NCBI GenBank assembly: GCA_036229005.1
Contig: JAZAMN010000016.1
Location: 64,001-128,000 of the forward strand
From: Myxococcota bacterium
Lineage (GTDB): Bacteria; Myxococcota_A; UBA796; CAJQPC01
Reading direction: 5' to 3'
DNA length: 64,000 nucleotides
A program made the position numbers and the translations under genes. Of this stretch, positions 30,546-39,979 are shown one piece after another. Below the pieces are notes generated by a model. It was given only the letters and a program-made list of their open reading frames with translations, was not told the DNA's origin and did no database searches. Positions within the stretch are counted from its first letter, which is position 1. Each line of letters starts with the position of its first letter.

Positions 30546-31427
30546 ATGGAATGGTCCCTCATCGACTTTGACTGGAACCGGGCGCGCGCCTTCCTGGCCG
30601 CCGCCGAGGAGGGCTCCTTCTCCGCCGCCGCCCGCGCCCTCGGCAGCACCCAGCCCACCGTGGGCCGGCAGGTCGCCGCCCTGGAGCAGGAGCTGGGCGT
30701 CACCCTCTTCGAGCGCGTGGGCACCGGCCTGCAGCTCACCGAGAGCGGCGTCCAGCTCCGCGAGCACACCCTCAAGATGGCCACCGCCGCCCTGGGCGTC
30801 TCCCGCGCCGCCGCTGGCCGCTCCGAGCGCATCGAGGGCCTGGTCCGGGTCACCGCCAGCGAGGCCATCACCGCCTTCCTGCTGCCCCCCGTGGTCGTCT
30901 CCCTGCGCCGGGAGCACCCCGGCATCGAGCTGGAGCTGCTGGCCTCCAACGCCCTGCGGGACCTGCTGCGGCGGGAGGCCGACATCGCCATCCGGAACGT
31001 GCGGCCCCAGCACGCCAGCCTGATCGGCAAGCGCCTGCGCGACGGCAGCGCCGGACTCTACGCCGCCCCCGCCTACCTGGAGCGCGTCGGGCCCATCCGG
31101 AGCCCCGCGGATCTGGCCCGCTGCGAGATCCTGGCCTTCGACCAGACCGAGGCCATGATCGCCGGCCTCCAGCGCCTGGGCGTGGACACCCAGCCCCAGA
31201 ACTACCCGGTCACCGCCGCCAACCACCTGGTGCAGTGGTCGCTGTGCTGCGCGGGCGCCGGGCTCTGCTTCATGATGACCCAGGTGGGCGAGGCCGAGCC
31301 CCGAGTGCAGCGCGTGCTCCCCGAGCTCACCATGCCCCTGCAGACCTGGCTGGTCTGCCACCGCGAGCTCCACACCAGCCGCCGCCTGCGCACGGTGTTC
31401 GACGCCCTCGCGGACGCCCTCGGCTGA
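30546..31427 (+). CDS. LysR family transcriptional regulator
   Basis: FLAAAEEGSFSAAARALGSTQPTVGRQVAALEQELGVTLFER HTH; DLLRREADIAIR; divergent from the MDR gene. Confidence 0.95.
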   Translation: MEWSLIDFDWNRARAFLAAAEEGSFSAAARALGSTQPTVGRQVAALEQELGVTLFERVGTGLQLTESGVQLREHTLKMATAALGVSRAAAGRSERIEGLVRVTASEAITAFLLPPVVVSLRREHPGIELELLASNALRDLLRREADIAIRNVRPQHASLIGKRLRDGSAGLYAAPAYLERVGPIRSPADLARCEILAFDQTEAMIAGLQRLGVDTQPQNYPVTAANHLVQWSLCCAGAGLCFMMTQVGEAEPRVQRVLPELTMPLQTWLVCHRELHTSRRLRTVFDALADALG

Positions 31428-31439
31428 GCCTCCCGGCCC

Positions 31440-34400
31440 TCAGCTCAGGCCCAGCCGCCGCGCCAGAAGCACCTGCTGCAGCTCCGCCAGCCCCCCGGGG
31501 AGCCCAAGCTCCTCCAGCCCGCACGCGATCTGCCGGGTCACCTCCAGGAGCAGGAGCTGCCGCGCCACCCCCGGCCCCGCCGCCGCCTTCGCGACCACCG
31601 GGTGCAACCGGTTCAGCCCCAGGCTCACGCCCCCTGAGCTCGCGCGCGTCACCGCCGGCCCCCGCGCCTTCTCCAGCCAGTGCACCTGCAGCGGCACCCC
31701 CAGCTCCGCCTGCTTCCCCAGCTCCTGGATGCTGCGCACCAGCTCGCCGCTCACCCGCCGCTCCGGGAGCACCCGCCGGGCCCGAGGCAACGGGATCGGG
31801 AGCGCCGGCCGGGCCTCCGGGGCCGCGTCCAGCCAGGCGTCCAGCGTGCCCCAGCGCTGCCCCTGCGCGTCCTCCAGGACCACCCCCGCCGCCAGGAGCC
31901 GCACCGTGCCCAGGTGTCCCCGGCCCTGCTGACTGGCCAGCACGCAGAAGTGCATCGCGTAGCGCCGCGCGTGCTCCGTCTGCTCCCCAAAGCGCCGCGC
32001 CCGCAGCCCGGTGGCCAGCCGCTGGTAGAGCTGCAGCGCCGCCAAGCCCAGCAGCTCCTGCTGCGCCTCGCTCAGGGCCGGCCGGGAGTCCGTGATCCAG
32101 ACCAGCCCGTGGCAAGGCAGCCGCGCGTCCAGGTCCGGCAGCACCGCCCAGCCCCCGTCCGGGTCCCGCAGCAGCACACCGCCCGTCGCGTCGAAGGGCA
32201 CCCGCAGCCCCAGCCAGCCCCGCACTCCCGCCACGCTCAGGGGTTGGCGCAGCAGCCACTGCCCCGGCTGGGGATCCACCAGCGACGCCCACACCTCCGG
32301 CGCATCATCCAGACGCAGCGGCAGTCGCCGGCCGGTCAACCGCTCCAGGGTCAGCAGTTCGAGGGCCGGCAGCAGGATCAGCTCCGGTTGAGGCGGCAAC
32401 ACGCCCCCCGCGGCGGCAAAGCACACCGTCTCCACCTCCGTCCACGCGGACACCGTGCGGGCATCCTCGCCCATCGACGAGGTCACCACGGGATCGACCG
32501 GCCGCCCCAGCGCGGCCTCCAGCGCCCAGCGCCGGTGCGCGTGCCGCCGGGGCGGCCAGACCTCCAGCAGGGTCTCCCAGGCGCCCGCCCAGTCGGGCTC
32601 CGCGCCCCACCAGGCCCGCCAGGTCCCCGCCACCGGCCCCGGGACCACCTGCCAGCCCTCGCCGGCCTCCAGGGGCCCTGGCGCCTCTCCTGCGGCCACC
32701 CAGGCGCGCTCCCCCGCGTGCCCCGGGAACCACTGGCCGTCCTCCAGCCCCACCAGCGCCAGGAGCTGCGCCCCCTCCGGCGCGCTCCACCCACCCCCCA
32801 GGCGCTCCAGCAGGGGCCCCAGGCGCGCGCGCAGCTCGGCGGGCAGCGGGGTGACCTCGCCGGCGCCCAGAGCGTCCAGGAAGCCTCGGAGGCTCAGGCC
32901 GCGCCCGTCCAGGGGGCGGTCGACCAAGGCCAGGCCGGTGGGCCCCCATTCCGGCGGCAGCGCCGCGTGCACCTCCAGCCTCTCCTCCTCTCCCCGGCCC
33001 ACCCGGATCCGCGCCTGCTGTCCCAACAGGCTCGCCAGCAGGCCCTGGCTGCCCGGGTCCAGCGGATCCAGCGACGCCACCAGGCGCCACAGCTCGGCCT
33101 GCACCAGGCGCGTCAGCACCCCCATCCAGGCCAGCTCCTCGTCCAGGCCGCCCTGCAGGCGCAGCTCCGCGCTCACCCCGGGGATCGGCAGCGAGAAGGA
33201 GCTCAGGGACAGCGCCCGCCCGCCGCGGGACACGCACACCGGGAGCTGTCCGGGCTCGCCCCAGCCCGGCAGGGGGCCCTGGCCGTGAAAGCGCAGGACC
33301 AGCTCTCCCTGCAGCGCCTCCTCCGACACGGGGACGCTCAGCGCGTGCACCGGGTGTTCGCGGGTCAGCACCCGCTGCACGAACTCCAGGTCCGCCGCCG
33401 AGCCCAGCCGCTGCAGGGACAGCTCCGGGACCAGCCGGTGCAGCGAGCGCGCCTCGGCCTCGGAGATCAGCAGCACGCGGAAGGGGAAGCGCGCCGGATC
33501 CGCCAGATCCGCCAGCCGCCCCAGCTCCCCCGGCTCCATCCAGAACAGGGGCTCCCCAGCGCAGGCCTCCAGCAGCGACACCGCGACCCCATCCCCGGGG
33601 CCCAGGCAGGGCAGGCGCTCGCCCACCGGGGCCAGCTCGGGGGCCTGCTCCTCCTCCTCCAGCTCGCCCGCGCTCAGGGGTACGGGCACCTGCACGAGCT
33701 GGCGATCGGGGAGCTGCTCCTGCACCAGCAGCCGCACCTGGTCCTGCAGCGCCCGCAGCGCCCGGGAGAAGCGCGCGTCCCGCACCACGTCCGCCTGGTC
33801 CGCGGTCTTGCGCAGGCGGTCATCACACAAGACCCCGTGGAAGCTGCGCCGGTCGCCCTGCAGGCTCCCCACCTCGGGCAGCTCCAGGCGCACGATCTCG
33901 CAGCCACCCACCACGATCTGGAACACCGGCGGCTGATCGGGCCGGGGGTTCAGGCCCACGACCCCGCGCAGCTCCCCCTGATCGAAGAAGCGCTGGCTGG
34001 CCACCCCATAGAGCTTGAGCTTGCGCCGCGCGCTGTACCCAAAGGGCGCCTTTCCGTTGATGATGATGGGCACCGGCAGGTGGGTGCAGGCCTCCTCCAC
34101 CAGCTTCTGTTCGGGGTAGATCGCCGGCTGCCGAAGCCGCGCCAGCCAGGGCATCCGCCGCTCCATGAGCAGATAGGTTCCCGAGATGGCGTCCTGCGGG
34201 CGCCCAAGCTCCCCCTTTCCGGACGGATCCAGGTCCAGACGCACCCCGTTGTCACCGTCCCCGCTCTCCATCCGGATGCGCTTGGGCTTGCGCTGCAGCA
34301 GCGCGTTGATGCCGATCGCGATCTGTACGAGGTGTCGAAAGCGCGGGTCCCCGCGGTCCGCGAACAGGTAGTCCAGGATCGACTCCAGCTCCTCCTGCTG

Positions 34401-34640
34401 GATCACCCTGCCCCCCACAAAGGCCACCAAGATGCTCTCCGGGCGCAGATCCACGGCGATGTAGCTGGCCCCGGACAGCACGGCGGCCTGGATCAGCTCC
34501 AGGATGTACTGCTGGGGGCTGCGCAGGGCGTACTCCCGCTGCTTCTCGACCGCCTTCTCCCGCGAGAGCGTGAAGCGCTTGCGCTCCACAAAGTCCCCAG
34601 GGGCCCGACTGCGCGCCAACAGCTCCTCGAGCTGACTCAT
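31440..34640 (-). CDS. Large protein with N-terminal degenerate GHKL/HSP90-like domain
   Basis: F(T)LSREKAVEK..YALRSPQQYILELIQAAV resembles GHKL motif I without the Asn; VQIAIGINA at the expected G-box position; LGLNRLHPVV near the C-terminus; ATGA coupling to the upstream ATPase. Confidence 0.7.
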   Translation of the reverse strand: MSQLEELLARSRAPGDFVERKRFTLSREKAVEKQREYALRSPQQYILELIQAAVLSGASYIAVDLRPESILVAFVGGRVIQQEELESILDYLFADRGDPRFRHLVQIAIGINALLQRKPKRIRMESGDGDNGVRLDLDPSGKGELGRPQDAISGTYLLMERRMPWLARLRQPAIYPEQKLVEEACTHLPVPIIINGKAPFGYSARRKLKLYGVASQRFFDQGELRGVVGLNPRPDQPPVFQIVVGGCEIVRLELPEVGSLQGDRRSFHGVLCDDRLRKTADQADVVRDARFSRALRALQDQVRLLVQEQLPDRQLVQVPVPLSAGELEEEEQAPELAPVGERLPCLGPGDGVAVSLLEACAGEPLFWMEPGELGRLADLADPARFPFRVLLISEAEARSLHRLVPELSLQRLGSAADLEFVQRVLTREHPVHALSVPVSEEALQGELVLRFHGQGPLPGWGEPGQLPVCVSRGGRALSLSSFSLPIPGVSAELRLQGGLDEELAWMGVLTRLVQAELWRLVASLDPLDPGSQGLLASLLGQQARIRVGRGEEERLEVHAALPPEWGPTGLALVDRPLDGRGLSLRGFLDALGAGEVTPLPAELRARLGPLLERLGGGWSAPEGAQLLALVGLEDGQWFPGHAGERAWVAAGEAPGPLEAGEGWQVVPGPVAGTWRAWWGAEPDWAGAWETLLEVWPPRRHAHRRWALEAALGRPVDPVVTSSMGEDARTVSAWTEVETVCFAAAGGVLPPQPELILLPALELLTLERLTGRRLPLRLDDAPEVWASLVDPQPGQWLLRQPLSVAGVRGWLGLRVPFDATGGVLLRDPDGGWAVLPDLDARLPCHGLVWITDSRPALSEAQQELLGLAALQLYQRLATGLRARRFGEQTEHARRYAMHFCVLASQQGRGHLGTVRLLAAGVVLEDAQGQRWGTLDAWLDAAPEARPALPIPLPRARRVLPERRVSGELVRSIQELGKQAELGVPLQVHWLEKARGPAVTRASSGGVSLGLNRLHPVVAKAAAGPGVARQLLLLEVTRQIACGLEELGLPGGLAELQQVLLARRLGLS

Positions 34641-36418
34641 ACAGACTCCGCCCCGTCCAGGGCCCGCAGCAGCAGGGTGTCATAGACCGACTCCCGCTCC
34701 AGGCCGTCGTGGTGCAGCAGGAGCTGGGCCAGACCCAACACAGACATCTCCAGGGCCTCGGCCCCCGCGGTGACGAACAGGCGCACGCTGGGGTGGTTCC
34801 GGTTCAACAGCACGCTGCGGCCGCGCAGGAAGGCGGGGATCTGCAGCCACCGGGTCTCCGGACGCTGGAAGACCTGCCCATCCCCGGGCCCCTCCAGCGC
34901 CACCGGGCCCCGAGCCCCCGCACTCACACCCCCAAAGTCCCCCACCATCAAGCGCAGGCGGCTGCCCACGCTGTCCTGCAGCAGGGTGCGCAGGTGGGAG
35001 AACACCAGGTGCTCCCGCTCGTCCAGGCTGGCCTCCGGGGTGAGGTCGGGGATCAAATACAGTTCATCCGCCGTGAGCTGCACGCGGCCCCGCTGGTCCC
35101 AAGGCACCCACAGGGGCGGCTCCCACGCGGCGGTGAGCAGCGCACGCGTGTCCTCGCCGGCGGCCAGGAGCCGAACCCCGATGGACTCCAGGGCCTCTGC
35201 CAGGCGGTGGGCCTCACAGGCGTAGAGCACCGCTCCCTGGTCCCTCTCCTGAGACTGTATCTGGTCCAGGGTGAGCGGCCGGCCCAGGCTGTCGCGGAAC
35301 AGGGCCCGCTGCCGGTGTCGCTGGAGCCAGCGGCGGCCCTTGGGAGTGGTCACCTCCCGGGTCAGGGCCCGGTGCCAGGGGGCCAGGTCCTCCCCTGCCC
35401 GCACCGCCTCCTCGCAGCGCGTCAGCAGCCGCTCCCGGAGCCCCTCGGCGGCCTCCAGCAGCACCTGCATGGCCTTGGCCCAGTGACCGTCCTGGATGAC
35501 GTTGTCGCGGGTCAGGGTGTGCTCCAGGGCGTCCGACTTGAGCTTGAAGCCCAGATGCCCCAGGCGGGGTGCGTGCGCGCCCAGGACCTCTGGGTTTCCG
35601 GTGTTCAGCAGGGTCAGGCCGCCGTTGTAGAAGGCGTAGCGGGGCCGCTCGGAGAGGCCCACCACCACTTGGATCCGGCCAGAGGACCTGGACTCGCTGA
35701 GCAGGGTCGTCTCCAACGCCAGGGGTCGGTTGACCTGCTCCGGTCCCTGCGGGCCCGCCCTCTGTTCACCGGCGTCCGCAGGCGAGGTGCGGTCGTCCGC
35801 GAAGGCCGCGAAGGGGTCCGCGCCCAGGTCCGAAGCCTGCACCCGGGGGCGCTCCTGGCTGCGGTCCCAGAAGCTCACCGGGGTGTCGCTGTGCTCGCAC
35901 CACCACCCCAGGATCCACCGGCAGTCGCGCACGAAGCCGGGCAGCGCGGCCTTGGCCATGTGCTTGAACAGGGTGATCTGCGTGCCGCTCACCGGCTCCT
36001 GGATGCGCACCTTGTCGAAGCTGCGGTCGGGGTGGAAGAGCAGCTCCCAGGACTCGCCGTGGCGGCCGGTGCGCAGGAGCACGGCCTCGGGCTGGATGGC
36101 GAAGATGCTCGTGAAGCCGATGCCGAACTTGCCGATCTTGGTGAGATCGTCCTCCTTGGAGGAGGAGAAGAGGCGGGTCAGGTGCTCATCGATGATGCGC
36201 TCATCCATGCCCTCGCCGCTGTCGTCGACGTGGATCTCCAGCACGCCCTGGCTGTCGTCGTCCCGGTCGGGCTGCCAGCGCAGCCACACCTCGACCCGCG
36301 GGGCGCCCGCGTCGATGCTGTTCTGGACGAGCTCCCGCAGGAAGTCCAGGGGGCGCGCGAACTGGTTGACCAGGTTGGAGAGGGCCTGGTCGGCGAGGGA
36401 GTCGGGGACCTCGGTCAC
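34637..36418 (-). CDS. GHKL (HSP90/HtpG-like) ATPase
   Basis: FLRELVQNSIDA, VDDSGEGM, LFSSSK, IGKFGIGFTS, GTQITL Bergerat-fold motifs; LLNRNHP near the C-terminus. Confidence 0.9.
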   Translation of the reverse strand: MTEVPDSLADQALSNLVNQFARPLDFLRELVQNSIDAGAPRVEVWLRWQPDRDDDSQGVLEIHVDDSGEGMDERIIDEHLTRLFSSSKEDDLTKIGKFGIGFTSIFAIQPEAVLLRTGRHGESWELLFHPDRSFDKVRIQEPVSGTQITLFKHMAKAALPGFVRDCRWILGWWCEHSDTPVSFWDRSQERPRVQASDLGADPFAAFADDRTSPADAGEQRAGPQGPEQVNRPLALETTLLSESRSSGRIQVVVGLSERPRYAFYNGGLTLLNTGNPEVLGAHAPRLGHLGFKLKSDALEHTLTRDNVIQDGHWAKAMQVLLEAAEGLRERLLTRCEEAVRAGEDLAPWHRALTREVTTPKGRRWLQRHRQRALFRDSLGRPLTLDQIQSQERDQGAVLYACEAHRLAEALESIGVRLLAAGEDTRALLTAAWEPPLWVPWDQRGRVQLTADELYLIPDLTPEASLDEREHLVFSHLRTLLQDSVGSRLRLMVGDFGGVSAGARGPVALEGPGDGQVFQRPETRWLQIPAFLRGRSVLLNRNHPSVRLFVTAGAEALEMSVLGLAQLLLHHDGLERESVYDTLLLRALDGAESV

Positions 36419-36424
36419 GGCGAC

Positions 36425-36440
36425 TGTTCCACGTGGAACA
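36425..36440. promoter_or_regulatory. parS: parS site (perfect palindrome)
   Basis: TGTTCCACGTGGAACA fills most of the 22-bp gap between ORF 36441..37460 and the GHKL start codon. Confidence 0.92.
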
Positions 36441-37460
36441 TCAGTCGTTGGTGGTGATCAGGCCGCCGCATCCCCCGCAGAGGACATCATCTTCGCCCAG
36501 GGCGTGCCCACAGCTGGAGCAGCGGCTGGTGCGTAGGGTCCAGCCCCCCAGGCCGCCCGCGATGGAGCCGAAGGGCGCCAGGATCATGAACTGGGGGTTG
36601 CCCGTGGCCGCGAAGCCGATCAGCGCACCGCCCAGACCAGCGGCGAGGCCAATGGCCAGGCCCGGCATGCCCCGATGCTTCTGCACCCGCCGCACGGGCG
36701 AGGCCCCCTTGCTGAGCGCGGGCATCAGGCCGACCTCTTCGGTCTCCTCGGGGGTGAGCAGCAGCTCCATCAGGGCGCGGCGGCCCTTGCCCCGGAAGTG
36801 CTGGCGCGCGTGCTCCACCGCCTGGGCCTGGGCGGGATCCAGGGCCTCGGTGATCTGGCGGAGCTGGCGGCGGGGGAGCTCCCGGCTGGCCAGGATGGCG
36901 CCCAGGACAAAGGCCCGCTCGCTCAGGGTCAGCGAGCCCAGCGAGGTGGAGGGCTTGCCGGTGGGGGCGTCGGCCAGGGTGAGCAGGCCCAGGCCCAGGT
37001 AGATGGCGGTGATCTCAGTGAGGATCTCCTCCATGTCCGGGTCGGGGACGTTCAGGCCGTGGAAGGCGCGCCAGGCGTGGGCGACCTGATGGGCCAGGGC
37101 GCCAGGCTCCGCGCCGAAGCCCCGTCGATCCGCCCCAAAACGCGCGCGCCCGCCCTCGATGCCGATGAACCAGGTGCCCTGGTGGCGGTAGGCGGTGGCG
37201 GTGCCCTCCTGGCCGGGGAGCAGGCCGGTGGGGTGGACCTCCAGCTCGATCTTGAGCTGTCCCAGGCCCACGTGCTGGAGCAGGCCGGCCATGGCGCCCA
37301 CGAGCCCGTCCGCGTCCTGGCTGCGGGTGCGGATGCTGCCGGAGCCGGCCAGCGGGGAGGCGACCAGGCGCTCGCGGCCGTGCTCGGACTGGAGCTGGTC
37401 GAGCTGCTCGAGCAGCCAGAGCTGACGCGGGGGAGGGGGGAGTTGATGTGCCATGACCAT
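36441..37460 (-). CDS. Membrane protein with degenerate zincin motif (HQxxH), 2 TM helices and C-terminal Zn-ribbon
   Basis: LAHQVAHAW...EEILTEITAIYLGLG; C-terminal CSSC...CGGC. Confidence 0.7.
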   Translation of the reverse strand: MVMAHQLPPPPRQLWLLEQLDQLQSEHGRERLVASPLAGSGSIRTRSQDADGLVGAMAGLLQHVGLGQLKIELEVHPTGLLPGQEGTATAYRHQGTWFIGIEGGRARFGADRRGFGAEPGALAHQVAHAWRAFHGLNVPDPDMEEILTEITAIYLGLGLLTLADAPTGKPSTSLGSLTLSERAFVLGAILASRELPRRQLRQITEALDPAQAQAVEHARQHFRGKGRRALMELLLTPEETEEVGLMPALSKGASPVRRVQKHRGMPGLAIGLAAGLGGALIGFAATGNPQFMILAPFGSIAGGLGGWTLRTSRCSSCGHALGEDDVLCGGCGGLITTND

Positions 37461-37521
37461 TGGATTCTAGCCCGAGCGCGCGAGGGTTGCACAACCCGCG
37501 ACGGCATGTGGGCCCCCGGAC

Positions 37522-39054
37522 TCAAGGAGAGTCGCTCCCCGGCCCCGGATCGGCCCCCCCGCAGCGGGCGTAGACGGCCACCCGCTCGTAGGGCTCGTCC
37601 GAGAATCCCCAGGGCGCGTAGGTCTCCACCAGGGGATCCGCGTGCACCAGGAAGGCGTGCAGGTTCGCCCCGGCCAGCGCGCCGTGGGTACGGGGCCCCG
37701 GCCAGCGATCCGGGAACTCCGCGCTGCGCTCCAGAGTCAGGCACACGCTGGGATCCGGCTCCTGGGGCCAAGGCGCCTCCGCGACCGCCAGGCGCGCCAG
37801 CGGCACCCCGTCATCCTCCAGCGGCGTCCACCCCTGGGCCTCCATGTGGTGCTGCCAGCCCCAGTGCCCCGCCACCGAGCCCGGCCCCGGGCCCACCCAC
37901 AGCGCGGCCGCCTGCTGGGCCTGCGCCAGCTTGAGGTCGTCCACGCTCAGCAGCAGCGCCAGCAACGCCTGGGCCCCGACCATCGCCCCGAGCAGCCGCC
38001 GGGAGGGGCGCTGGCGCAGGATGGCCAGCGCGGGCGCCGCCAGGAAGGGGAGCCAGTAGCGGGTGGCCGAGAAGCGCAGGGCCAGCAGGAAGAGCAGCCC
38101 CCCGAGCCCCCAGGCCAGCAGCAGCCGGTCCTGCGGGGTGCGCGCCCGGAGCAGCCCCAGCGAGGCGCCCCCCGAGGCCGCACAGGCCACCGTCATCAGC
38201 GCCGGCAGCCCGCTCTGACCCGACAGGAGCACCCCCGCCACGCCCAGAGCCGCGCCCGCCAGGGCCCCCCAGATCCCGCGCCGCCCCACCGCCAGCGGCA
38301 GCAGCCCGGCCCCGCCCAGCATCGCGACGGAGGCGATCGCCTTGCGCAGCAGCTCCCGGGGGGTGTTGGAGACGGACTGGAAGCTGCCCATCGCCAGCAG
38401 GTGCACCTCTCCGTACGCGTGGAGGTCATGCAGCACCAGCGCACTGATCGGCACCAGCGAGGTCAGGCTGTCCCAGAGCCGCCCCCGCTGCCACCCGGCG
38501 AGCACGATCAGGGGGATCAGGGCCAGCCCGGAGTAGCGGAAGAGCGCGGCGCAGCCCAGCAGCAGGGCGAAGGCCCAGGACCAGCGCCGGGGGAGCCCCA
38601 CAAAGCCCCCCAGACCGCCCAGGACGCATGCGGCCAGGGGCAGGTCCGGGGTGAGCGCCTGGGCGGCCAGGACGAGCACTGGAGAGCTCCCCAGGACCAA
38701 CACCGCCCCCAGGCCGTCGCCGGCCAGCTCCCGCCCCAGCCTCCAGGCCCCCCACAGCGCCAGGGCCAGCCAGGGCAGCAGGCTCAGGTGCTGGGCCCAC
38801 ACCGGCGCGTCCGCCACCGGGGCGAGCAGCCAGCCGATCCCCGGCGGGTTGGACAGCACCTCGAACGCCGGCTGCAGGTGGCCCTGCCAGTTGATGGGGA
38901 CCGCGTGGGGCCGCCACGCGTCCAGGCGGGCTCCCTGGGCCAGGGCCAGGAAGTTCGCGTCGTCCACGTGCACCGGCTTGCCCAGGAAGGGGAGCACCAG
39001 GCCAAAGGACAGCAGCGCCGCCAGCAGGGGCGCGGATCGCGGCGCGGATCTCAC
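37522..39054 (-). CDS. ArnT/GT39-like membrane glycosyltransferase
   Basis: From GTG 39054; PVHVDDANF, SNPPG, LTPDLP, LFRYSG motifs and more than 10 TM segments. Confidence 0.75.
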   Translation of the reverse strand: MRSAPRSAPLLAALLSFGLVLPFLGKPVHVDDANFLALAQGARLDAWRPHAVPINWQGHLQPAFEVLSNPPGIGWLLAPVADAPVWAQHLSLLPWLALALWGAWRLGRELAGDGLGAVLVLGSSPVLVLAAQALTPDLPLAACVLGGLGGFVGLPRRWSWAFALLLGCAALFRYSGLALIPLIVLAGWQRGRLWDSLTSLVPISALVLHDLHAYGEVHLLAMGSFQSVSNTPRELLRKAIASVAMLGGAGLLPLAVGRRGIWGALAGAALGVAGVLLSGQSGLPALMTVACAASGGASLGLLRARTPQDRLLLAWGLGGLLFLLALRFSATRYWLPFLAAPALAILRQRPSRRLLGAMVGAQALLALLLSVDDLKLAQAQQAAALWVGPGPGSVAGHWGWQHHMEAQGWTPLEDDGVPLARLAVAEAPWPQEPDPSVCLTLERSAEFPDRWPGPRTHGALAGANLHAFLVHADPLVETYAPWGFSDEPYERVAVYARCGGADPGPGSDSP

Positions 39055-39183
39055 GGCCCGATGGTAGCCTGGACCGGCCCCGGCGCACTTTTTTGGAACC
39101 CCGGGTGCAAGCGCCCTGTCCAAGGGGGCGTTGCCCCCTTGAGGGTCTACGGCGACCCGATCTCCCCCACCTGGACGCTCCCC

Positions 39184-39927
39184 ATGCTGCTGCTCCTGTC
39201 CCTCGCCTGCGCCACCCGAGATCTCCGCCCCGTGGACGCGCTGGACTGGGACCTGCACCCGGAGCTGCCCCAGGGCACCATCACCGTGGCCCCCGTCATC
39301 GTCGTGGCCGAGGCCCCCCAGGTGAAGCTCACCGACGGCGTGGGGGAGACCCTGGATCCCTGGCTGGCCCAGGGCCGCTTCGAGCGCACCGCGGAGCTGG
39401 CCGAGCTGCCCTACGCCTTCCGCAACCAGGTGCCCATCGCCCTGCACCAGGCGCTGCCTCCCGCCTGGGAGGGCCACTTCCGCGAGGGCCGCCTGGCGGT
39501 CCCCCAGCAGCTCCAGATCGCCAACGCCATCCAAGACCCGCTGCTCTCGCAGTCCCAGGCCATGGGCCTGGCCGCCCAGAGCATGGAGGGCGAGGCCACC
39601 CTGTTCACCTGGGTGGTGGAGGCCGAGGGCTCCCCCCTGACCGACCAGTACATGGTCGGCGAGCTGGTCTGGACCGAGGGCGTGCCCGTCATGGTCGACC
39701 ACCGCAGCGAGCCCTACCAGGTCCACGCCGAGCTGGGCATCGCCCTGGTCGACAAGCACGGCCAGGTGCTCTTCCGCTACCAGGGCGACTACGGGGGCAT
39801 CCTCTCCGCCGAGCACGGCCTGCGCGACCTCTCCCGCGAGCTGGCGGAGGCCGCCGTGGCCGACATCGCCCCCCACTGGCTGGCCGAGCCCATCACCGAG
39901 CAGTTCCAGGCCGTCGCCCGCTGGTAG
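39184..39927 (+). CDS. Hypothetical lipoprotein
   Basis: MLLLLSLA-C; strong GC3 bias; directly upstream of mnmG. Confidence 0.75.
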   Translation: MLLLLSLACATRDLRPVDALDWDLHPELPQGTITVAPVIVVAEAPQVKLTDGVGETLDPWLAQGRFERTAELAELPYAFRNQVPIALHQALPPAWEGHFREGRLAVPQQLQIANAIQDPLLSQSQAMGLAAQSMEGEATLFTWVVEAEGSPLTDQYMVGELVWTEGVPVMVDHRSEPYQVHAELGIALVDKHGQVLFRYQGDYGGILSAEHGLRDLSRELAEAAVADIAPHWLAEPITEQFQAVARW

Positions 39928-39979
39928 GGCGTCCAGCGCCCCAGATCGGGTTAGCAGGCCCGCCGCTCTGGACCTCAAC

